64,000 nt of DNA from Haliotis cracherodii (lineage: Eukaryota). Shown one piece after another: positions 26,081 through 38,420 of this stretch (positions within the stretch are counted from its first letter, which is position 1; every line of letters starts with the position of its first letter). The DNA is taken from contig NW_027266266.1 in NCBI RefSeq assembly GCF_022045235.1, positions 5,081,848 through 5,145,847 of the forward strand, read 5' to 3'. The position numbers and the translations under genes are program-made. The notes under the pieces were generated by a model. It was given only the letters and a program-made list of their open reading frames with translations. It searched no databases and was not told the origin of the DNA.

Positions 26081-26519
26081 TTTCGAATGCTCATAGCAAC
26101 ACCAAAAAAACACAGGCATTTTCTTTATGCGCCATTACGAGTTCTTTATGCTATTTTACAAACAAGTGCTTAAATAATATTTTCTAAAGAAAAAAAATCG
26201 TGAAAGAACTGTTTGCTCTTTTTTTCCAGTTTGAGCTAGAATTCATCCGTTCATCAATCCACCTGTACGTCCGTCCGTTAGCAATGAACAGCAGCTTATT
26301 CTATTCCATCACTGCAGTGCACATATCACTCTTTAACAACATACTGCATATGTCCCTTAGAACAAGAAGGGATCTAAAAGTGATCGATAACAGAGCAAAG
26401 TTGCAGATGACACAGATGAATAACACATTGTTCACACCGTCCATGTCTGCTTTGAAACTATTTCTTGTTTTGAGACATTCCAAGAATGTGTACTATAAGA
26501 CCGTATCTTTAATACAGTA

Positions 26520-26650
26520 TTGGTGGAGGGATAGCCAAGTGGTTAAAGCTTCACGCCGAAGGCCTGTGTTCGATTCCCCACACAGGTACCATGTGTCAAG
26601 CCAGTTTCCAATGCTGTTATTTTACCAGGGTATTGCTAAAATCTGCAATA
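26520..26650 (+). mobile_element. SINE family 2 partial copy
   Basis: tggtggagggatagccaagtggttaaagcttcacgccgaaggcctgtgttcgattcccc...gtattgctaaaatc. Confidence 0.55.
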
Positions 26651-26934
26651 TGGTTTTCAATATAATGACTTGCTTCATCATTAAGTATTGGATGTCTTAT
26701 AATCCCTATTGGTGTTGTACTTAACAGTCGCATCACATTGCTTCATACCAGAAACATACATCTCGTGTCATTATCGACTAGCTATATGCTTCGAAGCTGG
26801 ATCATGAAGTTCGGAACAGCGAGGATCTGTTGTAACCAAACCTCTCGTTGATATTGATATAGCATGAAAACAAACAAACCCTCATCCTACGTCTCCAAAA
26901 CCTCTTCATCCTTTCTGAGTCTTCTGTCCAACCC

Positions 26935-27425
26935 TTCCCTCCTCACCTGGCACCACTATGACACCAATAAGACACCAATCAGAAATAAATAAGACACCAC
27001 TAAGACACCAATAAGACACCAATAAGAGACCAATCAAAAATAAATATGACACCAATAAGACACCAATAAGACACCAATCAGAAATAAATAAGACACCACT
27101 AAGACACCACTGAGACACCAATAAGAGACAAATCAGAAATAAATAAGACACCACTAAGACACCACTGAGACACCAATCAGAAATAAATAAGACACCACTA
27201 AGACACCACTGAGACACCAATAAGAAACCGATCAGAAATAAATAAGACACCACTAAGACACCAATAAGATACCAATAAGAAATAAATAAGACACCACTAA
27301 GACACCTATAAGACGCCGATACGACACCAATAAGACACCAATAGAACGCCAATAAGACACCAAAAGGAAATAAATAATACCCGCTAATACACCAATAAGA
27401 CACCAATAAGAAGCATAGGTTTGTC
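26935..27425. repeat. Satellite-like array of (aataagacacc) motifs with a higher-order unit of about 63 bp
   Basis: aagacaccaataagacaccaatcagaaataaataagacaccactaagacacc repeated. ORF 26906..27427 is an artefact of reading through it. Confidence 0.8.
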
Positions 27426-28054
27426 AAAGCCAGCTAAATAGTGAATGCAGCATTGGTTTATTTATTAGAATATGTAAATTTTACATATTTATGAATCTGA
27501 TACATTTGTCGCAAGGATTGACCTTTCGTGTAAAACTGTGGTCGTCTGGTTGAAGGATACAGTTATTCCTGAGCGGTGATGCAGTTTCTTGAATGTGATT
27601 ACTTTAATACACCACTTAGACGTTTTATCACGGAACTGTAATGCTCGCCAGCAATAAGCCACGCCATTTATGAAGTATGAATACAGGTTATCAATACTAT
27701 TTCTATACTGCTGTAACTTCCCTGTCACTGGAAATATGGACCGGAATATAAACAATGCCTTTTATTCGTAAATGTCAATTGTTTAAATCCTCTCCTTTAT
27801 ACGCATCGTGTAACGTTCACTGTAACACGTTGCTGAATAGCCTTGTTAGTACCGAGATGTTCTTTTCATCATATATTGTGTTTTTATTTCCTTCTTTAAA
27901 TTTAGTAGCTTATGAGTGTTTCATGGTTTCATGTTTTTTCGTTTTGACAATGTCTGTCAGATTCATCACACATGCATTGAATCCCCATACATCCACGAAG
28001 ACCCCTTCTAAACAGTGCATGCTCTGAGACGATAATTTGGTTGTACATTTGTTG

Positions 28055-28270
28055 CATATACCATAATAAAACAGTGAGTACCCGTGAAGATCTGGGTTAG
28101 AATTGGTGTTCAACTTGTCGAAAGGAGCGACTACAGGCTCCCTGACTTGGTTGATACAGGTCATTGTATGCCAGTTGCATAGATCGATGCTCATGATGTC
28201 AATCACTGGAATTACAGACCGCCATCATATAAATTGAATAATACTGAGTGCGACGTTAACCAAGCAACCT
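28055..28270 (-). mobile_element. SINE family 3 copy
   Basis: Reverse complement. Confidence 0.6.
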
Positions 28271-28419
28271 ACTAATGTATATATATAACAATAATCGGGT
28301 GACCGGACTCGGATTATGAAAATGCACACATAGGTCCACACAGTTACAGGAAGTGGGGTGAAATGGCGTTTAACGTTGCATTTATGATTATTTCACTTAT
28401 TTAGCGATGTTTTCCTGTG

Positions 28420-28630
28420 TTTATGTTGTTTAACGCCACAATCAGCAATCTTAATCTTGCAGCTATATGACGGTCGTCTGAAAATAATCGAGTCTGGACC
28501 AAACAATCCAGTTATTGGCACCATGAGCATCGACCCATGCAATTGGATACGATGACATGCATCAACTAAGTCAGCGAGCCCGACCAACCGATCCCGTTAG
28601 TCGCCTCTTTCGACAAGCATGGGTCGAAGA
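28420..28630 (+). mobile_element. SINE family 3 copy, directly upstream of the compound microsatellite
   Basis: tttaacgccacaatcagcaatcttaatcttgcagctatatgacggtcg...ccagttattggcaccatgagcatcgacc... Confidence 0.6.
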
Positions 28631-28634
28631 CCTT

Positions 28635-28850
<216 letters not shown>

Positions 28851-28994
28851 GACTTATAAAGGTTTTATAGTTCTAGCTCATTGTGATACGTTGCCGCAGT
28901 TTAACATGGATCCCCAACTCAGACACATATTTTGATTCCGAGAAGGCCAGTCCGTGTTGAATGTCATTGATGTCGAGCGCCAGGCTACAACTAG

Positions 28995-29090
28995 TAGCAT
29001 TAACGTTTGTTTGGTATGACGCGGACGGGATCAAACCACGGACCTTCCACTCTCCGGACAGACAATCTATGCATTAGACCACGGAGGCGG
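28995..29090 (-). mobile_element. SINE family 4 head fragment
   Basis: Reverse complement of the ccgcctccgtggtctaatgcatagattgtctgtccggagagtggaaggtccgtggtttgatcccgtccgcg head. Confidence 0.5.
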
Positions 29091-30510
29091 CCTCAAGCAT
29101 GTATAGACGAGTACAGACGTGACATTTGCCTATGATGTGATTAGAATCGATCAATCAACACTGATTTTAGTAGAGATTATTATGGGAGGAGTCTTACCAC
29201 TTTTAATTATACACATTAATACTTTTAAACCTCCGTGTACCCACACTGTCATGGTACACTTATAGTGTTCTCTAATGTAGGTTTGACGTGTTAATCCCTA
29301 TTCTGAAACGTGCGGCCCCTATTGCCAGTACGTGACATGTCACAGGCGAGTGGGTCATGTGCTTTGACGCATTGCACAGTTCAGAGACCCTCGAGCTACA
29401 TGTTCTGTTCGTGATTGATGTTGAGCATGACGACGTGTACTAATCAATCAAGATCGAAAACAAGTACTACTGATACTACTGAATGAATGGAGCGACGTGT
29501 TGTCTATGGGCGACAGAAGTTCTTTTGTAATTCCCATGCATGACATGGTCAGAATAACTGAAGTAGTTTTTAGCAGCTCACCATTAAAAGTACATGCATA
29601 TTACACGTGTTGGCATATTAACTACTATGAATTATGAACAGTTTTCGCGAACACCGGGCATCATCACTGTTTGATAATGATTTATTGACAAATGCTTATG
29701 ATAAAGTCAAATCGTACAATGGACTTTGCTTTTAGTAGAGATTTCTTATGATGATGGGATTTTGTGTGCCGCTTATTTATACAATATTTATATTGAAGGT
29801 TTTTTCTGCAAGCGCCTGACAAAATGCTTTGGTCTGTGTGAGAGAAATGCCTTAGATTCCAACAAAATTTATCTTTTTGACTTGGCTGATTCAAATCTCC
29901 ACAGTGTATATACATTCGAACATAAATTGTGAGATGATTTAGTCATGAGGCTGTTAACAACATATGTTTGCAACAAAAGTACAAAATCTTGCAGATGCAT
30001 CTGTCAAACACGTCCATCCACTTTTATGTGGTTATTAGTCGCTGTGTAATTATTGAAATGCATTTCACCCAATGATCTAGTTTGTTTTAATTTATATCTG
30101 TGATGTTTAAGTTACTTTCGTACTGTTGTTCTTTGCTGAGGAATCTCTAATATTTAATAAGTAGCTCTCTCCGCTTCATGACGTTGCGAGATTTAATGTT
30201 TTACTCACTTACTTCATATTACTATATACAGACAATAAATACATAGTGGACCTATCAATTTGAAAAGATACTGTCTTTTATTTATTAAACAAATATCCAC
30301 CATTTCCTCCTTTGGATAAAACAATTCGACGAAGCACTTTTAAACGTGTAGCATTTTGAATTAATTTAACAAGGGAGAAGAAATCATTGCCATTGATCAA
30401 AGGATATGGGACAACTTATGTGAGACATGATGACAGATTTAACTGCGCCTGCGTCACAGCATATCCTCGTAATAATCATTCATGGAGAAAACGAGGTTGA
30501 CAAACACACA

Positions 30511-30630
30511 TTGTGACGTCAAGAGTGCCTTTGACCAATCTGTGTCAGTTCCGGCCAGACTTAATGACATAACTGCCCTCTGGTCATCGCAACAAACGCC
30601 ATTGTCCAGTCCGGGCGCTATAAATGTTCA
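30511..30630 (+). promoter_or_regulatory. Core promoter of gene C: CRE palindrome TGACGTCA (30511-30518), CCAAT box (about 30534-30538), TATAAAT (30619-30625)
   Basis: The motifs are spaced about 155, 130 and 45 bp upstream of ATG 30666. This is consistent with a TSS near 30650. Confidence 0.55.
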
Positions 30631-30665
30631 AGGCAGGTTCAGTCGTGACTTCATCTCACACAACC

Positions 30666-30746
30666 ATGAGGGTGACGGCAACACTGGCAGTCATGTTGGG
30701 GCTTGTGTTATGCAGCTGTATGGTTCAAGGTCAAACTCGGCAACAG
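30666..30746 (+). CDS. Gene C exon 1: ATG plus signal peptide MRVTATLAVMLGLVLCSCMVQGQTRQQ, donor cag|gtaaag
   Basis: ATG 30666 lies in an open frame with a hydrophobic core and is followed by a canonical GTAAAG donor. TATA, CCAAT and CRE elements lie upstream. Exon ends in phase 0. Confidence 0.6.
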
Positions 30747-30984
30747 GTAAAGATCTTTATGTTTCCAATAATTCGTTTTGATTTTCCAATCCTTTATCTC
30801 GGAAATTACTCTCAGGACACAACCGTCTGATTTCTCATTTTTTAAAACCTTGGAATGGAGATGTTTCCACGAGATAATTTTGCGCCAAATAAAGTAATCG
30901 TAAATCTCTGCACACAAACATGCAGCGATTACGGGGAGGAATAATACACCATCAGTACATTGCCGCGATATCGCTTCACTGCTG

Positions 30985-31170
30985 CTGAGGGGCGGTCGGG
31001 TAGTCTAGTGGTTAAAGCGTTCGCTCGTCACGCCGAAGACCCGGGTTCGATTCCAGACATGGGTACAATGTGTGAAGCCCATTTCTGGTGTCCCCCGCCG
31101 TGATATCGCTGGAATATTGCTAAAAGCGACGTAAAACATACTCACTCACTCACTCACTGCTGCTGACTGA
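30985..31170 (+). mobile_element. SINE family 2 copy (gene C intron 1)
   Basis: ggggcggtcgggtagtctagtggttaaagcgttcgctcgtcacgccgaag...cactcactcactcactgc. Confidence 0.7.
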
Positions 31171-31791
31171 GGCGACAAACAACAACACAAAATATAAAAA
31201 GGTAGCGGAGTTTCCGAAGGACGATTGTGGCCTGATCTTAAAGTATCTCACCTAAAACATGAATGTCGAATTGTGATTGGCTGAGACCCATTCTGTCGTT
31301 TTCAATGTACCCCAATAACACATAAGATGCATTTCTTATATTTCCCGCTCGGATTGCCGAACTGTGGTAACATACCAACCGCATTTGTATCTCGAAATGA
31401 GGATGTATTTACGAAATTTTAGAAATGAAATTATTATATAAGTTTCTTTTCTGCCATTGCTAATTTTCCAAAATGTTGAATTTTTACCGACTGCGATCAT
31501 AGCATGCTTACATAAGACATATATTAGGTGTGCAGTTAGACAACTTCCTTGTCCTCTGGTTCCCCGGGTGACACAGGTTAATGTACCCTCAATGTTAATA
31601 TTAGTTACTGGTGGACAACTTATAATATATGCCATTAGAATCATCTAGTCTAATGTAACTATTGACACGATGCCTGGACATTTCTATTTTCACCACAAAG
31701 CATCCGTTGCATTGATGCTAATGTTAACATTGGAGATAAACATTTCACTAAAACATACAGCATTCAAAATTGAGTTGATTGTGTATTTCAG

Positions 31792-31968
31792 CGTCGCCGA
31801 GCAAAGGTTTTAAGAAGTAGATGGTCACGTGACATCGATACAAACGTAACCGTAAAGGAAGCGGCAGCCATTTTGAAGTCCAAAGAGAGAATATTCTTCC
31901 GATCCTCTGACAGACGGCTGGCAGCTTTGAGCATCACACGATCCTACTCCTACATCGACTACAGCAGC
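31792..31968 (+). CDS. Gene C exon 2 (59 codons, phase 0-0): RRRAKVLRSRWSRDIDTNVTVKEAAAILKSKERIFFRSSDRRLAALSITRSYSYIDYSS
   Basis: Acceptor tgtatttcag and donor gtgagt flank a stop-free frame. It is paralogous to exon 2 of genes A and B (W.R....V..K.A..I...I.F....R.L, and the YxxYxx ending). Confidence 0.55.
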
Positions 31969-31999
31969 GTGAGTATATACACATCCTTATTTGGAAATA

Positions 32000-32595
32000 A
32001 CTGATCATACTCTGAGTTATATCACGGAACGTGAGCTTGATGTGAACATATCACGGCGCGTCAGCTTCATGTGAACAGTATTTCAGTTGTATCACGGCAC
32101 GTCAGCTTCATGTGAACAGTATTTCAGTTAGCTTTCACGTCAGCTTGATGTGTGGTGTAAACAGTATTTCAGTTATACCACAGCACGTCAGCTTGACGTG
32201 TGATGTGAACAGTATTTCAGTTAGCTTTCACGTCAGCTTGATGTGTGGTGTAAACAGTATTTCAGTTATACCAAGGCACGGCAAGTCAGCTTGACGGGTG
32301 ATGTGAACAGCATTTCAGTTATACCACTGCACGTCAGCTTGACGTGTGATGTGAACAGCATTTCAGTTATATTACGGCACGTCAGCTTGATGTGTGATGT
32401 GAACAGTATTTCAGTTATATTACGGCACGTCAGCTTGATGTGTGATGTGAACAGTATATCAGTTATATTACGGCACGTCAGCTTGATGTGTGGTGTGAAC
32501 AGTATTTCAGCTATATTACGGCACGTCAGCTTGACGTGTGATGTGAACAGTATTCCATTTATATCACAGTGCATCAGCTTGATGTGAAATTTTGA
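32000..32595. repeat. Tandem repeat with a unit of about 60 bp (cagtatttcagttatattacggcacgtcagcttgatgtgtgatgtgaa), about 10 copies, in gene C intron 2
   Basis: Direct periodicity. It begins about 30 bp after the exon 2 donor. Confidence 0.8.
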
Positions 32596-33150
32596 CCTCT
32601 CTTTAGTCTGTACAAAGTTAGATCCTTACAATAACGGATATTACAGTATCCTAATCGGTACAACGCTTGTTCCGAACGATGAATAGCTCGATATATTTGC
32701 GATGTTACCAATGATTTCGGCCTACCGATCTTCATGTACTTTGCCCTCTACCAACACCCGAATAATTCAAAGGGCTACAATATCCACCACGAGTGAGCCA
32801 TATTTAAAACAGTAACATTATGCGAAGCTAAAAGAAAATCTCTTTCTGTTCCCAAGTCATGACACTGAGTTTCGTGATATTAACTGCAGCTGAGTATTCT
32901 CTACATGTATTTACTTCTCTCTAACACGATTGTCTGTTTATGTTACATTTGCTCGTTCTTACACAGGTCCTAGTAATACCCATTAGGACAGAACAAGGGA
33001 ATATCTACCTGTTAAGTCCCACCTTCTTGAGTCCACGGCTACTGGATGGCGTGGTACCCCTTTTGGCAGGAACGCTGATTGCACCCAAACGTTGCTCGTG
33101 TTTCTCCTCAAACGTTGGTAACATGGAAATGACACTTCTATTTGCTACAG

Positions 33151-33261
33151 GACATGGTGGTGACTAAAGCCTACGTGTCAGGGAGCCGGAAGTGCATCGT
33201 CCTACCAGGAAATATCACCGAGGACTTCAATACCACCATGACTGACATACTGGCCAGGAAG
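33151..33261 (+). CDS. Gene C exon 3 (37 codons, phase 0-0): DMVVTKAYVSGSRKCIVLPGNITEDFNTTMTDILARK
   Basis: Acceptor tttgctacag and donor aag|gttagt. Same length class and motifs as A exon 3 and B exon 3 (xM..xK...TC.., F..T...L.A). Confidence 0.55.
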
Positions 33262-33269
33262 GTTAGTTG

Positions 33270-33330
33270 TGTGTTGAGGGGCGGGGTGAGGGATGGGGTG
33301 TGGGGGTGAGGATGGGGGTGGTGGTAGATG
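33270..33330. repeat. G-rich tract (GGGGYGGGGTGAGG repeats) 10 bp into gene C intron 3
   Basis: gaggggcggggtgagggatggggtgtgggggtgaggatgggggtggtgg. Confidence 0.85.
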
Positions 33331-33854
33331 TTGGGTCTTTGGGCATTTCTAGCGATTATTTGTTTTATGAGCTTTTAATCTTATCGTCCATAGCAACGTG
33401 GTTTAGACATGTTGTTTTCTTATTTGAAAGCCGGATTGGTAAACAAACAAACACTTATTTATATAAATACCGCTCCTGGAAAACAGATCATCATAAGTAC
33501 CTGTGGGGGTCGTTAAAAGAGCCCACACATTCGTGAAAAGTATGGCTATGTCGCGTCAGTCTGTATACAACACAGCCCTGACAAGACAAACCTGTGTCTT
33601 AAAAAATAAGAAGACACTAATGCAACGATGAAACACAACACGCAAAATCACAGATTCCGCGAGCAAATCCTCGTTTTAGGCATATCTTATACACTTAGTA
33701 ATTATATGACCTGCTTTCTCTCGGCAACGGGAAGAAGACGCTGAAGTTAATTTGCATGTAGTATGTGACTGGGTGAATCAACAAGTGGACTTTTAAAAAT
33801 AAATTTAAAAAATATTATTTTTTTTTTATTATTATTATTTTTTATTTATCTATT

Positions 33855-33925
33855 TCTTTCCTTTTTTGGGGGGGTGGGGGGGTGGGGGGGGGGGGGGGGG
33901 GGGTGGGGGGTGGAGTGGGGGCCGA
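33855..33925. repeat. Poly-G tract of about 60 nt with rare T interruptions, preceded by A/T-rich repeats
   Basis: ttttttgggggggtgggggggtggggggggggggggggggtggggggtggagtggggg. Confidence 0.9.
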
Positions 33926-34524
33926 ATGTCAAGTTAAACCAGATTTGAAGGATTTCAGCAATTACGACAATGGCAAAAGCCAAACAAGGTGAACGATATG
34001 AACAACATGTACCAAGGAAATGATTTGTTAGAAATTGTCATAAAAGCGTGATAGATCGTTAATCAAGTGACGCATCAATTTAAATCAACTATGTTAAGTT
34101 GTACACACAGTGAAACCTCTTTAAACACGCAATAAATCATGAGGAGTTACCCGTTCTTTCGAGACAAGCGGAGTACTCACAAAAAGCAATAGAACTGAGA
34201 ATGATACTATCGCAGGAATTTTGCATTAAACATTGTGTGGGTTTTGTGGTAATGATGTTTCACATTTTTGCGAACACCTGGTGTCATCACTGATTCTCAT
34301 ATGGATTCAATCGAATCTTTTTCGGGAAACTGATCGAAACTGCTTGTACTCTGAACTGTCTGTCTGTTGAGAAAGTGGACACTTGACGACCGAATCCGAT
34401 ACAATTAGCTTAGACATTGGTGCATTTCATTACAGACATGTTTTACTCTACATATTCCTGCGCCATTGGTGTCTGGAACGCCTTCTTAATCTCACCGGCA
34501 CTTATTTCACCTTTTTTTGCCCAG

Positions 34525-34684
34525 AAACAGAGGTTGAATGAGACAGTTGAAATTGGCCAGTTTGCGATGACGTCAGACATTGCCATGACACCTCCGGAGA
34601 GAGAAGCCTTTCAGACTGCCAGTCCTTATCTTGCTAGGAAATGTCGCAACATGGATATCCTCAACGCAACAGCACCTGCGACGG
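34525..34684 (+). CDS. Gene C exon 4 (phase 0-1): KQRLNETVEIGQFAMTSDIAMTPPEREAFQTASPYLARKCRNMDILNATAPAT
   Basis: A strong polypyrimidine acceptor (cacctttttttgcccag) and donor g|gtgagt. Paralogous to A exon 4 and B exon 4 (LN.TVE, PF/PY-[IL]-x-x-[KE]-C), and all three end in phase 1. Confidence 0.5.
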
Positions 34685-34985
34685 GTGAGTGTGTGCCCAA
34701 CGAGTAGTGTTAGGATATTAAACATCATCTCTACGTAGGGTTTTCTTTTTTCAGATATTTGTAAAAACAATTAGTATCTGCCAAAACCGTACTAAGAATA
34801 TGTTGTAAACGAAAACTGTTACTTAATTTTCTATTTTTCGTATAGTAAATGTTCTCATCATACATTCAATGCTCTAAAATCTAAAATATTGATATTTAAA
34901 ACATACATCAGATGTATAAACACTATAATGGTGACATCGTTCATTTCTCTGCCAGAGTACAACACGATATGTTTTTGCGTTTCAG

Positions 34986-35083
34986 ATATGACAGACATCC
35001 TTGATAAATTTCCATTAACTTTACTAACTGTCGGAGGAAGCGTCACCATCTACGTCAGTTCCACGTTACATGCCTTGTCATGA
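34986..35083 (+). CDS. Gene C exon 5 (phase 1 start, includes stop): (D)MTDILDKFPLTLLTVGGSVTIYVSSTLHALS*
   Basis: Acceptor gcgtttcag. The frame carried over from exon 4 runs to TGA at 35081-35083. The C-terminal hydrophobic tail is paralogous to A exon 5 and B exon 5. Confidence 0.5.
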
Positions 35084-37379
35084 AGATGACAGAGGGTCAC
35101 ATTCACCTGTGAACTGTGTGTGTATGATATGGAATGCGGTGTGGTGTATGGTAATACTGTTAAAACAGGCCTAGTTTTAGAATTTGACCTTATGTGCGAT
35201 GTTTGAGTTACAAAGGATGAGCAGCGTATAAAGATTATGTTCACGTTATACCTTAAATGAACGTGGCCATATTTGCAAAAAGAACCAAAAGTCGTGCAAA
35301 GTAATACAGCTTATGATCACGTTTGCGATGTCGATGAATTTGGTGATCTTTCGTCGGTAATTTATAGTCATATAAGCGGCCTTGTGAAGCATTGAGGCAA
35401 TTGAGGTTTCGAGACGTACAGAATAGAAAAGGTGGCAGATCTACATCTGTCTACGAGGCACAATGTCAGTGGCTAGTGGTGTGGCTGGTGGTGTGGCTAG
35501 TGGTGTGGCTAGTGGTGTTACTAGTACACGGGTTGTTTGAAACAGTGTGTACTTTAAACTGTGACGGGCACTGTATAATAATCACACTGAAACTGTCCAA
35601 TTCTTAAGTACAAAAGTAATCGGACTGAAAACTGGTTGTTTTTTCCTTCAATCGAGTGGAGTTTTCTAGGACATGACCATAAGCAGAGGCCGATTGTAAC
35701 GCACTTTTAGGCTAAAAACAGCAAGTTTTTGAACCAAGGAGACATACTCACTACATGTCTATATTGTCATCTCCTGACCAAATCACCATGGATCAAAAAA
35801 CTTGCTCGTGTTCAAATAAAAAGATAACACTTACTCAATGACTCTTACAAGAGACTTGCAGATTCATATGTGCTTTACGTGTGCAACTGGTGTTGTTATA
35901 AATCCAAAAGATGCAAATGTTGAAGAGAAAAACCTATCCACATTCGTCTGAACACCTCTGAAACATTTCACATCCACTTCTTGACCGTTTGTTCATTTCG
36001 CACACAAGGCATGTCAAACCACGTCCTTTCCATCATTTTAATGTACAGTTTACATGTTGATACTTACACTGTAGATTGTGAGATGCAAATAAAGACTAAA
36101 ACAAAATTGCTTTCTGTTGCTTACCCTTCTATGCCGACAGATCAATGTCACCCCTTATCAATAGACTTGATGATGGTTCAGACTTTTTTGTATCAAGATA
36201 ATAAAAAAAATCTCCGCCAGAGAAGTATCAGTCTCGATTATCTACCGAGGCGAAAAAGGCAAAACTGTGGAAACAATTACATGAATGGATCACTGAAAAT
36301 CAGTGATGACATCAGGTGTTCGCAAAATAGCAATCAGTCAGGTCCTGGAATACACGGACCTGTGCATAATCCCTGAAATCAGGGTAAGTATTTTCTGATG
36401 AATATCGAATGTTGGAAACAGTTGTGGTGGTAATTAAACATACTTGAGTCAGGTTGTTTACTGTATTCAGGGTCGGTGTGCCTTGTGTAACGGCATGTGA
36501 GCATATCGTGGGATGAGAAGCCTAGTTACACAATTGACAACTCCGTGACGCGTCACACGTGAATTATGACCTTGAGGCACAAGCATGTTTGTCACGTGGA
36601 GGGTAACGTGTTCCATTGTTCCCAGCGACAACACAAAATTGTAACAATATTATATCATGTCATACTGTCTGAGGAAAGCATAACGTATGCAAATCGGAGA
36701 CGTTTCAGTCACCAAAACGTAACATTACTATGTTGACAGATCATAGATCTTACCAGTGACATTAAATGAAAAGGCGTTGTTTTGAATGATTAAAACTGTA
36801 GGATCATGCACAGTACTTCTTTTCATGCCGGGACTTTTGCAATCTTCGTAATAATATGTACTACTATATAGGAGGATATGAATTGAAGTCAGTGTTGCTT
36901 GGAAATGATAAAGCATATATTATTAACCTTATACAATATATCCACTTGTTTATTATAAAATCTGAAAACACAATTATATATTGGTTTCATTTTAACAATT
37001 ATATCAATCTAATAGTTGTTTGCATGAATGATAGACTGTGTACATGTGTACACGTGTATGTCTATATGTGCATGGATGCACCGGTATGGTTATGTATCGG
37101 TACATGTAAGTGTACATATATAGGTGTAGTCCTGCACCATGACTGTGGAATTTATACTGGGCGGCAAAAGAAAGTTTAGGTCGAGTTCCATGATCGATTA
37201 AAAAATAACAAGAAGAAGTTTTGCTGTGAATTATAATATAATCTAGGGAGGGGTAACAAATGATTGATTAACCACAGTTTGAATGAAATTTTGCAATCAC
37301 AGGTAACGTTAGCTTAAGGTAAACAATGGTGGGATAAACAAATTCATTTTCAAAAGTTGTCAGAAAGGTCACCAAAAAA

Positions 37380-38420
37380 TTGTCAGACACACTACAAGTT
37401 CTTTGTCGACACAGTTGCCTTCAATAGCGTGTATGACGTCCAGCTACCTCAACGCATGCTGTGATACGCCGCCTCATCGGTGACGTCAGTCTTCTGATGA
37501 CGTGGGCTCGAATCCCTTGCCACTCGTCTCTCAGGGCCTGCTTCAATTCTTGTCTGTTGACGGGAGGCTGATGGCGTGCTCTAATCTGTCTGTCAAGCTG
37601 GTCCCACAGATGTTCAATAGGATTCATATCGGGTGGGTGGGCAGGCCAGGGCAAAAGGTCAACGTTCTGCTGGTTTAGAAAGTCCCGAGTCAGTCTTGCA
37701 GTATGGGGCCTGGCATTGTCATGTTGAAACAATGACCCCTGCTGTTGGTTTTGTAAGAACGGAAGCATAACTGGCTGCAACACATGGTCTCTGTACTGCA
37801 CAGCATTAAGGTTTCCCTGTATAATCACCAAATCAGTCTTCTGATCTCCACAAATACCGCCCCACACCATGACACCTCCCCCACCGAATAGATGGATACA
37901 CGGCGAAGCCAAACGTTCCCCTCTGCGTCGATAAACTCGTTCTCTGCCGTCATTGTGAATCAAGTTAAACCGACTTTCATCAGAAAATAACACTCGACGC
38001 CCATCGCAGTCTCAGGCGTCGATGTTGAGCAGTCAGGACCATTCCTCGGAAAGGACGATATGCTCAGATTCCAGCAGCACGAAGTCGTCGTAGTACTGTA
38101 CGTTGGCTAATGGGATGTCCCAACGCTAAAGCTGCCGTCACCGTCACGAATCTGTTTCGCAGATGAATGAGTCGTATCTGACCGTCTTCCAGTGGTCCGG
38201 TTCTAGGCCTGTCCTGTGTTTGGTGTACAACCAAACCTTCTGGCAATTTGGACCTGTGTTGCCCCCATTTCGTCCATACCGATGGCTCTCTCTCTCTGCT
38301 CCTGTGACAGTCGTGACATTTCCTTTGTGTGCTTTCATTACGTGTGGTAATACCCTGCAGACGAACGCATATATACAGCTAACATGCACGTACAGTTTAT
38401 GCTATAGGCGGGAAACCTGT
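37380..38420 (-). mobile_element. Tc1-like transposon with a largely intact transposase split into two ORFs
   Basis: ORF 37421..37993 carries FQHDNARPHTAR, DMNPIEHLWD and GGGGVMVWGGI (DDE domain). ORF 38064..38246 carries N-terminal helix-turn-helix-like sequence. Confidence 0.75.

Noticed and set aside
26200-26724. 174-aa plus-strand ORF
   Set aside because: It spans a SINE family 2 copy (26520-26650) and AT-rich sequence, with no coding signature.
26906-27427. 173-aa minus-strand ORF (repetitive SYWCLSGVLF...)
   Set aside because: It is a translation of the aataagacacc satellite array.
32000-32595. Regular direct repeats of 60 bp, considered as a CRISPR-like array
   Set aside because: The context is eukaryotic (spliced genes, SINEs, LINE). 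The repeats are imperfect tandem copies without unique spacers.
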